64,000 bases of DNA from an uncultured delta proteobacterium (GCA_963708295.1 CAVPSJ010000015.1:160001-224000), one strand, 5' to 3'; positions 52,355 through 64,000 are shown, counted from the first letter of the stretch. Numbers and translations: made by a program. The notes: generated from the sequence alone by a model not told the origin.

Positions 52355-53563
52355 ATGCTCAGGGTCATGAAAGTACTTACCTTTACTACGTTATATCCTA
52401 ACAATATCTGGCCAAATAACGGTGTTTTCATTCAGGAACGAATGACTCATTTCGCCAGGTTGAACGGATGCAAAGTCATAGTGGTTGCGCCTGTTCCTTA
52501 TTTTCCGCCGATTAACCTCAGTCACAGATGGCTATTCTCTCAGGTAACGCAACAAGAAATTATAGAAGGGCTTGAAGTGTATCATCCTCGGTACTTTATG
52601 ACGCCTAAGGTGGGAATGGTTTTTTACGGTTTGATGATGTTTCTGTCGGCGCTTCCTGTTTTGAAAAAGATCCAGATGGATTTTGATTTAATAGACGCGC
52701 ATTATGTCTATCCGGACGGATTTGCGGCGACTTTATTGGGCAAGTTTTTCAAGAAGCCTGTGGTGGTGTCAGCAAGGGGCAGCGATATTAATCTCTATGG
52801 AGAATTTCCGATCATCCGAAGATTCCTTAGGCACACTCTTTTAAAGGCAAATAGGGTAGTAGCTGTATGCGAGGCTCTGAAAAGAGGAATCATCCAGTTA
52901 GGAGTGCCAGAAGAAAAAGTGTCAGTTATTCCGAATGGAGTGGATAGTTACAAATTTTTCCCGACTCCGAGAGAAGAAGTTCGAAGAAGGTTAAAACTCC
53001 CGGACAAGAAGATTATTCTTTCAGCTGGGCATCTGACACCCAATAAAGGATTTGATTATCTAATCAAGGCACTCAAAATCCTCCGAACAGACTTTGACGA
53101 GAAAAGTATCTATCTGGTAATCGTGGGGGAAGGAAAGTTTCGGAAAGAGCTCGAAAAAATTATTTCTATGCTTAATCTTGGGGAACACGTAAGATTAGCA
53201 GGTATCATCCCTCATAAGGAAATGGGTGATTGGTATAGCGCGGCGGATCTCTTCTGCCTCGCAAGTGGTCAAGAAGGCTGGCCGAATGTAATTCTTGAAT
53301 CCTTAGCCTGTGGAACACCAGTGGTCGCAACTTCTGCCGGAGGCATTCCTGAGATTATTAGCTCTAACGGGGTCGGAATCTTAGCTGAAAGGACGGAACA
53401 GGATATTGCCGGAAAGATTTCTATTGCGTTGAAACAATCATGGAATCGGGAAGAAATTGTGAAATTCGCCGAAAAATATACTTGGAATCAAGTTGCCCTG
53501 CGCGTTTACGATGTTTTCAAATCGGTATTGAATAAGAAATATTCCAGCTCATCCACGCATTAA
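52355..53563 (+). CDS. GT4 glycosyltransferase (TuaC-like)
   Basis: DAHYVYPDG, ARGSDIN, EGWPNVILE. Confidence 0.88.
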   Translation: MLRVMKVLTFTTLYPNNIWPNNGVFIQERMTHFARLNGCKVIVVAPVPYFPPINLSHRWLFSQVTQQEIIEGLEVYHPRYFMTPKVGMVFYGLMMFLSALPVLKKIQMDFDLIDAHYVYPDGFAATLLGKFFKKPVVVSARGSDINLYGEFPIIRRFLRHTLLKANRVVAVCEALKRGIIQLGVPEEKVSVIPNGVDSYKFFPTPREEVRRRLKLPDKKIILSAGHLTPNKGFDYLIKALKILRTDFDEKSIYLVIVGEGKFRKELEKIISMLNLGEHVRLAGIIPHKEMGDWYSAADLFCLASGQEGWPNVILESLACGTPVVATSAGGIPEIISSNGVGILAERTEQDIAGKISIALKQSWNREEIVKFAEKYTWNQVALRVYDVFKSVLNKKYSSSSTH

Positions 53564-53592
53564 CTCATTCACATTTATAGGTCCATTCACCC

Positions 53593-54966
53593 ATGAAACT
53601 AATGCTCGTTGCCGGTGCTCGCCCCAACTTTATGAAAATCGCCTCCATCATCGATGCGATAAGAGAGCGCAACGATTCAATTGAAAACTCAAAACTCAAA
53701 ATTCAACATTTATTAGTGCATACCGGTCAGCATTACGATGATTCAATGTCAGAAGCTTTTTTCAGAGACTTAAATTTGCCTAAGCCGGATATTTACTTAG
53801 AAGTAGGGTCCGGGACCCATGCTGCCCAGACTGCCGAAATTATGAAGCGTTTTGAGCCAGTGCTGTTGGAGCATCAACCCGATGTTGTTATCGTCGTGGG
53901 TGATGTCAACTCAACCGTCGGTTGCGCCCTCGTCGCCTCTAAAATTACCTATCCAACATCCGGCAGCCGGAAACGAGCAACAAGCAACCGGAATCGACCT
54001 TTGGTCGCCCACGTTGAAGCCGGACTTCGATCTTTTGATCGCACCATGCCCGAGGAAATCAATCGACTTCTAACGGATGCCGTCTCAGATTTCCTTTTTA
54101 CGACTGAAGAAAGTGCCAATGAGAATTTAAGGCGTGAAGGTGTTCCTAAAGATAGGGTTTTCTTTGTCGGAAATACCATGATCGATACGCTCCTTAAACA
54201 CAAGGAAATGGCACAGAAATCGACTATTCTTAATAAGCTTGGCCTTTCAACCAGGAACCAGCAACCAGCGACCGGCAACCGGATACTTCCTTACGCTGTC
54301 CTCACCCTCCACCGTCCATCAAATGTTGACAATAAGGAGACGTTCCGGAATATATTGGAAGCTTTGAAGGAAGTAGCCAAAGATCTTCCTGTTATCTTCC
54401 CGGCCCATCCTCGAACATTAAACCGCATCAGGGAATTCGGCCTTGAAAACTATTTTCATTTTCCGTCTCAGCCTTTAACCCTCAGTTCACAGTCCAAAGC
54501 TGTGCGACCTAATTCCACCAAGCTTCAGCCTCAGAGCTCCAAGGGTGTTGGCTCACTTGCCTCCAACCTTCAACCTCTAGCCTGCGGTCTCCACTGCGTG
54601 GAGCCGCTTGGTTATCTCGATTTTCTCTGCCTGATGTCAAATTCAAAGCTTGTTTTAACTGATTCCGGTGGGATGCAAGAGGAAACCACGGTATTAGGCA
54701 TTCCTTGTATTACCTTAAGGGAGAATACGGAGCGCCCGGTGACCATCGCTTTCGGCACGAATACCCTTGCCGGAATTCAAAAAGACCAAATTATCAGCGC
54801 AGCTCTCTCGGCATTAAGGAAATATGATTCTATATCATCCAATACCGTGTTTAACACTCAGCACTCAACACTCGGCACTCAACACTCATTGTGTCCTCCT
54901 CTATGGGATGGAAAAGCAGGTCAACGAATTGTTAGTATTTTAGTCGATAGTCTATTAGATTCTTAG
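53593..54966 (+). CDS. wecB: UDP-GlcNAc 2-epimerase with several repeat-derived inserts
   Basis: GARPNFMK, HTGQHYD, HVEAGLRS, MPEEINR, TDSGG.QEE, TERP, LWDG. Confidence 0.93.
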   Translation: MKLMLVAGARPNFMKIASIIDAIRERNDSIENSKLKIQHLLVHTGQHYDDSMSEAFFRDLNLPKPDIYLEVGSGTHAAQTAEIMKRFEPVLLEHQPDVVIVVGDVNSTVGCALVASKITYPTSGSRKRATSNRNRPLVAHVEAGLRSFDRTMPEEINRLLTDAVSDFLFTTEESANENLRREGVPKDRVFFVGNTMIDTLLKHKEMAQKSTILNKLGLSTRNQQPATGNRILPYAVLTLHRPSNVDNKETFRNILEALKEVAKDLPVIFPAHPRTLNRIREFGLENYFHFPSQPLTLSSQSKAVRPNSTKLQPQSSKGVGSLASNLQPLACGLHCVEPLGYLDFLCLMSNSKLVLTDSGGMQEETTVLGIPCITLRENTERPVTIAFGTNTLAGIQKDQIISAALSALRKYDSISSNTVFNTQHSTLGTQHSLCPPLWDGKAGQRIVSILVDSLLDS

Positions 54967-54967
54967 T

Positions 54968-55056
54968 CAAGCAACTAACAACCAGCAACTAGCGACGGGC
55001 CGCCAGCATCCAGAAACTGGCAACCAGTAACTAGCATCCAGCAACCAGCAACCAAA
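54968..55056 (+). repeat. 7-mer AACCAGC array
   Basis: CAACCAG/CAACTAG/CATCCAG units running up to the next ATG. Confidence 0.8.
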
Positions 55057-55058
55057 AA

Positions 55059-56291
55059 ATGAAAATCCTTCATATTCTTGATCATAGTTTACCTCTCCAG
55101 AGTGGATATTCATTTCGAAGCCAGAATATTTTTAAAGCCCAACGCAAGAGAGGATGGGAGCCGGTTATCGTCACTTCTCCAAAACATGAAGAAAGCTGGC
55201 AAGGTCATTCTGAACGAGAGGAAATGATAGACGGATTTCGTTATTACCGGACTGGAACCGTTTCCCATGGTAGTTTTCCTATTGCCAATGAAGTTCATTT
55301 AATGAGGACTTTAACGAAACGTATTGAGGAAGTCATCAAAATAGAAAAACCGGATGTTTTGCATGCGCACTCGCCCATCCTGAACGGAATTCCCGCTCTT
55401 TGGGCAGGACATAAATTGGGTATTCCTGTGGTCTACGAGATAAGGGCCTTTTGGGAAGACGCAGCCGTGGATCACGGCACTTACAGTCAAAATTCGTGGA
55501 AATACAAACTTGTGAAAACTTTGGAAAAATGGGTCTGTCTTAAAGCTAAAAGTGTTGCAGTACTTTGTGAAGGATTGAAAGAAGATCTGATAAGAAGAGG
55601 AATCCCCTCCGAAAAACTCACAGTGGTTTTCAATGGAGTCAATGTGGAGGATTTTAATTCTTGTGAACCTGACCAAGAGTATAGAAAGGCCTGGGGGCTT
55701 TCAGGGAAAAAAGTTATTGGGTTTGTTGGGTCTTTCTATCGCTATGAGGGACTGGACCTGCTTCTTGATGCGTTCGCCAAACTTGCCGAATACGGATCTG
55801 ATTTAGTACTTTTGTTGGTAGGTGGAGGAGAGACGGATAAAGAATTACGGGTCAAAGTGAGGGAATTACGCTTGGAAGGCAGAGTATTAATGCCCGGTCG
55901 TATTCCCCACGAGCGTATACCCGGAGTTTACGCCCTGCTTGATGTCCTGGCTTACCCTCGTTACTCCATGCGCCTTACCGAGCTTGTAACCCCACTCAAA
56001 CCTCTTGAGGCTATGGCTATGGGAAAAGCTTTGGTAGCAAGCGACGTCGGAGGACACCGTGAACTCATTCGGCATGGGCATACGGGGCTTCTCTTTCCCG
56101 CAGGAAATGTTTCATCCTTAACCGATACACTAAAATGTCTTATAGAGGATGGGCGATTGCGACAGGATCTTGAGAGGCAAGGATTAGCTTGGGTTCAACA
56201 AGAGCATCATTGGGATAAAACCACGGCTGTTTATGAGGAGTTTTATACCCAAGCCCTAGGGAGAAAAACTTTTCCTGAATTGGTGCACTAA
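55059..56291 (+). CDS. TIGR04063-type GT4 glycosyltransferase
   Basis: LDHSLP..SGY.FR, YEIRAFWEDAAVD, VTPLKPLEAMA. Confidence 0.92.
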   Translation: MKILHILDHSLPLQSGYSFRSQNIFKAQRKRGWEPVIVTSPKHEESWQGHSEREEMIDGFRYYRTGTVSHGSFPIANEVHLMRTLTKRIEEVIKIEKPDVLHAHSPILNGIPALWAGHKLGIPVVYEIRAFWEDAAVDHGTYSQNSWKYKLVKTLEKWVCLKAKSVAVLCEGLKEDLIRRGIPSEKLTVVFNGVNVEDFNSCEPDQEYRKAWGLSGKKVIGFVGSFYRYEGLDLLLDAFAKLAEYGSDLVLLLVGGGETDKELRVKVRELRLEGRVLMPGRIPHERIPGVYALLDVLAYPRYSMRLTELVTPLKPLEAMAMGKALVASDVGGHRELIRHGHTGLLFPAGNVSSLTDTLKCLIEDGRLRQDLERQGLAWVQQEHHWDKTTAVYEEFYTQALGRKTFPELVH

Positions 56292-56292
56292 A

Positions 56293-58118
56293 TTGGGAAA
56301 CTTTCTGGTCATCAGTTCGGAGAAAAAAGTTAACGATGAGGCCACCGGGCTCTTTCGTTCCGGGTTGGAGTTTGCTAAATATATCAAATCTCAGGTGCCA
56401 AGCAGGATGATAGAGATAGATTGGGCGCATGCCGCATCATTCCCCCGCCAGAATGGTTCTGGCACACCCATTGTCACCGACCAAACAACAGGAAGCTGGC
56501 TAGTCGCAATTGGAACCTGGTTTCACACCGAAGGCTACGGAGCTGGTGAGGAATCTCAGGCCCTGAACCGATACCTTGAAGTGGGCGCGAATCGACTCGC
56601 TCGGGAACTGGAGGGTTTTTTTGTCTTCGTCATTGGAGATGCAAGGACCCGCGAAACAATTGTCCTTACAGATCTCATAGGCAGTTGTCACTGTTTTGTC
56701 AGGTTGTGGAAAAATATGGTTGCTTTGTCCGGTTCTTCGCTGCTTCTGGCAGGCCTTGGGGACTTCAACTTGGATCCGGTTGGCTGCCAGGAATTCCTTT
56801 ACACTGGGGTCATCTACGAAGATCGGACCATTTACCGTGAGGTCCGCAAGCTGGGGCCAGCCAGTATTTTCACGATTTTCAGAAGGTGTTCTGAAATCTC
56901 GGCAGCGTTACTGGCAAATAACGGATATTGCCCCGGAATCACTGGATGGTAAACCTGCGGTAAAAGCATTGGCTGAGACACTCGTTCACGCCGCAAAGAG
57001 AGTGGGACACGTCTTCGAGCGTCCCGTTTGCGACTTGACCGGCGGCTACGATTCCAGGGCAGTCGTTGCTGCCTTCAAAATGGCAGAGGTGCCGTTTTCG
57101 ACGACTGTGTCCGGCCCTGTGGAAAGCCTCGATGTAATCGTTTCACGCAAACTGGCTGAGTCTTCTGGGCTTACCAAATTTGCATCTAACGTCGCAAGGG
57201 GACGTGACATTTGAAAAGGCAAAGAAGGCTTTATCATTAACTGATGGAGAATACGATATCGTCGAATATTCCCGCGTCTCAGAAACCCACCAAGCTCTTT
57301 CTGAACACTTTGACATAAGCGTTAACGGCTCGTTTGGTGAGGTTGCGCGTGGCTACTGGTGGGAACTGCTCTTCCCACAGATTGGAAAGCGTCGCAGACT
57401 GGATGCAGAGAAGCTTGCGAGACTACGTTATGCTGCCCAAAGTTTCGAGCCCTCGATATTTCCGCCGGATACGAGGTTAGACCTTATTCCACATTTTGCC
57501 AGTGTCATTGAACAGACCAATGCGGGACTCGCTAACCTTCCTAATACTATGCAAATGGATCATGCTTACCTCATGATGCGAATGCAACGGTGGCAAGGGA
57601 GAATCGCCAGCAGCACGAATCAGATTTGGCCATGTTTCTCATTGTTTATTTTCCGATCCGTGTTAGAAACAATATTGATGGTTAAAGCAAACCTCCGGCG
57701 GCGCAGCCTTCTGATCCGGCGGATGTTGGCGGAGTTCGAACCGAGATTAGCGGAATTTCCGCTTGAACATGGGTTTCCAGCGTTGCCATTAACGTGGAAA
57801 AATTTTTATCGTTTTTGGCCTATCGTCGGATACTACAGGAAGAGAATAATGGCTAAAGCCTTCCAGAAGGCTGGATGGAGACGAGCATCATCGCTGCCCG
57901 CTGCCAGAGCCAATTACCTCCGAGATTTAGATCTTTGGAAAGAGGAAGAAGTTCGAGATCTCTTGGATCCTGGGAAAATGAGGTTGGGTTGCCTGGGGGA
58001 CAAAAAGGCATTGGACAATTTCTTGTCGGATTCGAAGAAGCAAGATTTTAAATTTAATGACCAGTGGACCAGGATGCTGACGCTGGAATACACGCTTCAT
58101 GTCTTAACAGTTTGCTGA
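56293..58118 (+). CDS. asparagine synthase-related protein; two frameshifts
   Basis: degenerate Ntn-like N-terminal domain, DLTGGYDSR PP-loop, NGSFGEVARG. Confidence 0.7.
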
Positions 58119-58232
58119 AAAATGGCCATCTGCTGCGTTTGCCTCATCCTTCGTCGTTGCGGCGTACCGATAAGTACGCCTCACTTCTCAGGATTTCGGG
58201 AGCCTTGCATCTGGCCCTTTTTGAGCAAACTG
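58109..58232. repeat. MITE-like palindromic element at gene 3' end
   Basis: CAGTTTGCTGAAAAATGGCCA ... TGGCCCTTTTTGAGCAAACTG terminal inverted repeats. Confidence 0.7.
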
Positions 58233-58449
58233 GGGAGTATGACTTTTTCAACATACTTTTAGAGGAACTAAAAACGGATACGGAATCTACAAATCACTTG
58301 GTCAAGCAAAGGTCTGTAAGGTGACCATGAAAAATTTGATGGAATGGCAGGAAACTTCTACCGGGACGTGACTGGCTAGGTGAAGTTTTATGAGCAAGTT
58401 AGGGAGAACAAAAAAAGAGCACTTTTAACCAATAGGAGATTAAATCAAT

Positions 58450-59018
58450 ATGAGAAGGTTGATAGGAAAGAGCATAATAATATTGGCAATGATTGTGCTA
58501 TCACTTAGTTCAGGAAAATCTGATGCTCAGGAAGTGACCCCCAGGGATTATTTTGATCCAAGATATAAGGCAGCACTCGCTACAGTAGAGAAGTATCACC
58601 TTACCAAAGAGACTTTTTGGGCGGAATTTGAATCAAAACGGTACCATTACGCCCTTCTCGAGTTAGAGTTTGTTTTGCGTCATTTTCCAAACCATCCAAA
58701 AGCGCTGCAGTTAATGGAATTAGTTGCAAAAATGAGGAAGCAGCCGCATCTGGCCATTCCCTATTATGAAAAAGCAGTCAGATTATTTCCTCAGTATGCT
58801 TTCACCCACGCCCAATACGGGAATTACTTAGTGGACACCGGTCAGGCTGAGAAAGGAATAGAAAGACTGCAGAGGGCAATGAAATAGATCCAAAGTTGCC
58901 AGTAGCTTACTATTGGCTTTGGGATGCGTACACTAAAAATGGCAATGTGGAAATGGCGCGACAGATTGCTGAAAAAGCAAAAGAACTTGGCATCAACGTC
59001 CAGGAGAGGCCAAAGTAG
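58450..59018 (+). CDS. exported TPR protein; frameshift near 58880
   Basis: signal peptide, FPNHPKAL, TPR-like helices. Confidence 0.7.
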
Positions 59019-59056
59019 CGAAAGGTGAGGCTCCGCGGGGTCGAACGGGTGAATAA

Positions 59057-60945
59057 ATGAGTGGCATTTGCGGTATCGTTCTTAGTGATCGGAACAAACG
59101 GTTGAACCCAGGCGATCTGTCGCCAATGGTTCGAGCATTGGACTTCTCAGGGCAGGGCGAGGGTTTTTCAGTAATCCTGGGATCGGCAGCTATTGGGGCG
59201 CAGAGATTCCCGGGGCGACTGGCTGGGGCCGCTGAGATGGCTTTCAGATGAGAAATCTTTAGCCCTCGCCTTTCACGGGAATCTCTATAATCTGGAGGAA
59301 TTGTTCCCTTTAAAGGAACAAGATCTCAATCCCCTTATCAGGACTTCTTGAACTCTATGTGAAGGAGGGCACTGCGTTCTTACAGCGGCTTCGGGGAGAA
59401 TTTGTCCTTGGCGCTCTGGGATGGGCAAAGAGAGATTCTTTACTTGGCAACCGACCGGTTTCGTGTGCACCCGCTCTTCTATTATCACGACCCAGGAGAA
59501 AGCTGGTCTTTTCTTCCAGAATGAAAGGGATCTTGGCCTGCCCCTTTCCGGTAAGAAGGACGATCAATCCCGAGGCTATTGTGCATCTCGTGGCTTCTTC
59601 GATCATCCCCACGCCCAAGACGATATTTGAAGAAGTAAAAAAAATTCCAGCAGGACATCTTCTGACTTACGGAAGAGGAGAGGTCAGAACGGAGCCTTAT
59701 TGGGAGATCAGCTTTCTTGATCCCAGCAAGGAAAGCGAATCAACGCTTGCCCAAGAATTCAGAAAACACTTGACCGAAGCAATCTCCATTTGCTTACCAG
59801 TGGATAAAACCTCAAACCATATCGGAACATTCTTAAGTGGCGGAGTGGATAGCAGTACAGTGACGGGAATACTCACTCAGGTACTGAAACACCCCATAAA
59901 GGCATTCTCCATCGGTTTTGATGAGCAGAGGTTTAATGAAATCAATTATGCCAGGGTGGCAGCTCGATCCTTCGAATCGGAGCATTATGAGTATTTTGTT
60001 ACGCCCAAGGACACCTTAGATGCGATTCCCATATTAATCGATGCCTTTGACGAGCCATTTGCCAATGCTTCGGCGGTTCCAGCTTACTATTGCGCAAAAA
60101 TGGCGAAAGACCACGGGGTGAATATTCTTTATGCGGGAGATGGAGGAGATGAGCTTTTTGCAGGGAATGAACGGTATGGCACGCAGCATCTCTTTGAATA
60201 CTACCATAAGATTCCTCGATGGGTTCGGGAGCCGCTTGTGGAGCCGATGGTCTTTACACTGGCTGATGGATTGAAGTGGAAATTGTTCATAAAAGGCAAA
60301 AAATATATTCAGAGGGCATGCATTCCCTACCCTGAGCGTATTTGCTCCTACGACTTTTTTAACATCGTGCCGATGGCAGAGTTTCTTGATGACCGCATGC
60401 TTGATGTCGTGGGAAAGGAGTTCAATCCTTACGGAATATTCACTGATTATTATTTTGAGGCGCCCGCAAAAAACAATCTGGACAGACATCTTTACATCGA
60501 CTGGAGGCTGACACTCTCCGACAATGATTTAATTAAGGTTACTCGGATGACAGAAACAGCCGGTATCACAGCACGTTATCCCTTTCTCGACACCCCATTA
60601 GTGGAGTTTTCCGTCAGGGTGCCAGCTCATATTAAAATGCGAGGTACGAAACTTCGGACTTTCCAAAAGAAAGCTTACGCCGATTTGCTTCCTTTAGAAA
60701 TTCGAAGAAAGAAAAAGCATGGATTCGGATTGCCCATACCGGTCTGGTTGAGAACAGATAAAAGGCTTAACGAGATGATGCATGACCTTGTGCTAAGTCC
60801 CGGGAGTATTCAACGAGGTTATTTTAAAAGAAAAGCCCTCGAAAACCTTGTAAAAGAACACAGCGTTGAGGAAACTTCTTTTTACGGGACGATCCTTTGG
60901 AATCTGATGGTCTTGGAGCTGTGGCAGCGCAAGTATCGGCAATAA
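59057..60945 (+). CDS. asparagine synthase-like protein lacking Cys1; frameshifted
   Basis: MSGICG, FLSGGVDSS, GDGGDELFAG, KKHGFGLP. Confidence 0.85.
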
Positions 60946-60962
60946 GATACGATATCAGAGAA

Positions 60963-62077
60963 ATGTTAGCCATTGAGGAGATCACGTCTGGAGCACAACT
61001 AATGGCCCTTCAAGCCGGTTGGGATACCTTGCTAAAGCAGAGCGGGGAGCATTCCCCATTTTTGACACATGAATGGTTTCGTTGCTGCTTTGCGGCCTAT
61101 TCTCGTGGAAAAGACATATTCATCCTTGCCGTAAGAGATGGGTTCGAATTTAATTGGGATTGTTCCATTGTGGCGACAGCAGGATGTTTTCCGTAGGATC
61201 CCGATAAGAAAAATCGGATTTATGACCTGTCCTGACACTCAGGTCGTCAGACTTCATTGTTGAAGACAGCAGACGTTCAGAGGTTCTGATGGCTTTTCTC
61301 GACTACATGTTTCAAAAGAGAAAAGGCGCGTGGGATATGTTGACTCTTGAACAATGGCCAGTCGAATCAATCAACTTTAAGACCTTACAGGCAATCCTTC
61401 AGGGACAAAGAAGAAAATTCTTTACGGGCATTTGGTCTGTGACCCCGTACATCCGGATAAAGGGAGAGTGGGAGCCTTTTTTGCAGAGTCTTTCTGTTCG
61501 CTTCAGAAAGACTCGCCGGAATATCACCAACCGCATCGCGAAACTGAACAAAGTTGAGATTCAATGCTCCCGTGAGGATCCGACCGGATCAGTCTTTAAG
61601 GATGTCGTTGCTGTGTCCGGAAAAAGCTGGAAGCAGGAAGAGGGCATTGCAATCACGAGCCGAGAAGAAACAAACCGGTTTTTTGCGGCGTTGACCGACG
61701 CTGCAGGCCCTAATGGTTTACTGCTGATCTGGATCTTGAAAGTGGACGGAACTCCGATCGCCATGGAGTATGATCTGGAGGCCGATGGAAAGGTGTACGC
61801 CCTGAGGGCAGACTTTGACGAGGCTTACAAAGAATACTCCCCGGGTGCTTATCTAGAATACCAAATTGTAAAAAGCCTGTTTGAGGAGGGATATCAGGAA
61901 TATAATAGTGGCCCTGGCCTCAACGCCTATAAACTTCAGTGGACCGATCAGTTTCGGGAAAATAAGGCGTTGCATATATGCAATGACAACCTCAAGGGGT
62001 GGATCATTTGGGGGTTGCAAAATAAATTGATCCCTTTCTTGCGGCGGATAAGAAACCTAAGTATGCGAACCAGCTGA
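60963..62077 (+). CDS. GNAT (CelD/BcsL-type) acetyltransferase; frameshifted
   Basis: SPFLTHEW, FDEAYKEYSPG, AYKLQW. Confidence 0.8.
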
Positions 62078-62110
62078 AATAAATCAAGTCCGGAACCTGG
62101 CTGGCACTTT

Positions 62111-63158
62111 TTGAAACAAAGATTGCTAAAATTCATTCTCAGATTTCTGGTCGGTGTAGGTTTTCTGCGGGCTCTTCTATCCGTTGTTGAAAGATGGGAG
62201 CTGAAAACAGGGGCAAATCGGCGGCCAATCTTTCCCTTTGTAAAAAGACAGAGGAACCGCAAATTCGAAATTCTACGATACCATCGGGTGAATGATGAGA
62301 ACGATCCTATCTTCGGTGCTGTTCCCGTGAAGATGTTTCAAAAGCAAATGGAGATCTTAGCTGAGCATTTCAATGTGCTGCCATTGGAAGAATTAGTGGA
62401 GCGAACCCTCCATCGTGATATCCCGCCTGCGGCAATTGCAATTACATTTGACGATGGCTACCGGGATAATTATGAGAATTCCTTTCCCATCCTCAAACGG
62501 CTTGGCTTGCCAGCCACAATCTTTCTTGCCACAGGACCTTTGGAATCCGGCGTGTCCGCTTTGGCATGATTTGGTCTTTGAAGCCTTCCGAATTACCAAT
62601 GCTGAATTTGTTTCTGTTGATGGAAGGAACTATCCCTTAAGAACGGCTGTCCAAAAGGGTACTGCCTTGTTCGCTTTTCGGGAATATCTTCGGATGTATG
62701 ATTACCGGAGCTGGGGAAACCTTATTGAACAATTGATAGCCAGGTTAGGAGTACTTCCAGCTTCGATGAGCAACCGGGCGCAGAAATTGAGTTGGGATGA
62801 AATAAAGGAGATGTCGAAGAACGACATAACCTTCGGTGCCCATACGGTGACCCACCCTATTTTAACCCGAATGTCGTTGGCGGAGGCAGCGGAGGAGATT
62901 AAGGCTTCCAAGGAGGCAATCGAAGAGAAACTGAAATCTCCGGTCAGGGTTTTTGCATATCCGAACGGGAGGCAGGATGATTTTAATGAGTCGATAAAAC
63001 AAGTCCTTAAGGAGGCTGGTTTTCTGTGCGCCACGACCATCCTTTGGGGAACCAACAGTATCGATACGGATCCTTTCGAATTGCGACGGATAGGGATTTG
63101 GGATACGGATACGAACAGATACGCCTTAAAGCTGGGATGGTATAAGTTCGTTTCGTAG
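62111..63158 (+). CDS. polysaccharide deacetylase (NodB-like); frameshift near 62555
   Basis: YHRV, TFDDGYRDNY, FGAHTVTHPIL, FAYPNG. Confidence 0.88.
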
Positions 63159-63213
63159 GCCTGCTATTGTTACACTGCCAAATACATAGGGTAAACGATC
63201 CGAATTAACTGGT

Positions 63214-64000
63214 ATGGACCTTAATACTCAAGTCATCAAATCTACCGTATGGTACGTCGCGACACGGCTCTGGACACAGTTGCTCTCGTGGGCGGTAACT
63301 CTCGTTCTGGCACGACTTCTCACTCCAAAGGATTATGGTCTGTTTGCCATGTCATTGGCAGTTGTCGCATTTTTAGAGCTTTTTCAGGAGTTTGGATTGG
63401 GTGTTGCAATTATCCAGCGTCCAAGCATGACCAAACAACAGCTTAACACCATGTTCTGGATTGTTTCTACTGCAAGCCTCGCAATCGTAGTAGTGGCATT
63501 CCTTGGTGCCGGACTTGTTGCTACGTTTTACCGGGAGCCTCGCCTCGTTTGGATGGTCCGGATCCTCAGTTTGACTTTTCTGCTGAATTCCCTTGGAATG
63601 GTTCCTTATAATCTCCTTACGAAGGAGATTGATTTCAAGCACCGTTCTCTTGCAGAGGGCTTTGGCGTCGTCACATCAGCGGGTGTCGCCATTATTCTTG
63701 CTTATCTAAGCTACGGTGTTTGGGCTCTGGTATTGGGCCAGCTCGCCAAAGCGGTTGTCCGGAACATCTCAATGACCATCTTTTGCGGATGGTTTCCCGG
63801 CTTTGAGATTTCCCTTTCAGGGATGAAGGGAATTATGAAATTCGGCCTCCAAATTGCAGGAGCAAGTGGGATCTCAACGCTTTCTGAAGTGGCGAATACA
63901 TCGATCATCGGGCGATTCTTAGGAGGATCTAACCTGGGCTTTTATTCAATGGCTGAAAGTCTGGGAAAGAGCAATCCACTCCATAGGCTTTCAACAGCCG
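63214..64000 (+). CDS. Wzx/WzxC-type flippase, 3' partial
   Basis: MDLNTQVIKSTVW...LARLLTPKDYGLFAM; runs off the window end. Confidence 0.85.
   Translation, partial: MDLNTQVIKSTVWYVATRLWTQLLSWAVTLVLARLLTPKDYGLFAMSLAVVAFLELFQEFGLGVAIIQRPSMTKQQLNTMFWIVSTASLAIVVVAFLGAGLVATFYREPRLVWMVRILSLTFLLNSLGMVPYNLLTKEIDFKHRSLAEGFGVVTSAGVAIILAYLSYGVWALVLGQLAKAVVRNISMTIFCGWFPGFEISLSGMKGIMKFGLQIAGASGISTLSEVANTSIIGRFLGGSNLGFYSMAESLGKSNPLHRLSTA

Noticed and set aside
37771-55056. CRISPR array or diversity-generating retroelement
   Set aside because: Repeats are degenerate 7-9-mers without unique spacers; no cas genes, no RT and no TR/VR pair are visible.
4784-63158. Widespread frameshifts read as mass pseudogenisation or programmed frameshifting
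   Set aside because: Single indels hit many unrelated conserved genes, often at short homopolymers, with otherwise intact sequence; long-read error is the simpler explanation.

Overview
This 64-kb window looks like a Desulfobacterota/deltaproteobacterial genome; that assignment is inferred from gene content and repeat style. Many single-base frameshifts, often at short homopolymers and also in conserved genes, are most likely long-read assembly errors. Region 1-15 kb is an anaerobic energy cluster: a GlcD/F-type FAD/Fe-S fusion, an HdrF/FadF(EMO)-like membrane protein, a Tat-exported ArrA-like molybdopterin-family protein with NrfC and NrfD partners, a GcvH/LbpA-like lipoyl carrier and an acyl-CoA ligase. 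Region 15-30 kb is housekeeping (secDF, rplM-rpsI, argC, mutS, pcm, LysM/M23) plus a transporter and a small glycosyltransferase cluster. Region 31-64 kb is an exosortase/PEP-CTERM-type exopolysaccharide locus preceded by a sigma54-like promoter and an ops-like element. The most striking signal is in that locus. Four four-helix-bundle (IVS-protein/Avd-like) genes are each bracketed by inverted arms of their own 7-9-bp tandem-repeat unit. The same units recur, C/A-rich on the sense strand, as empty hairpins between genes and as insertions inside neighbouring enzymes. One bundle gene is split exactly in its NIA|EG motif by a 290-bp GIY-YIG cassette. Nested REP/MITE elements are also present. Family names come from motif recognition and recall, not from database searches.
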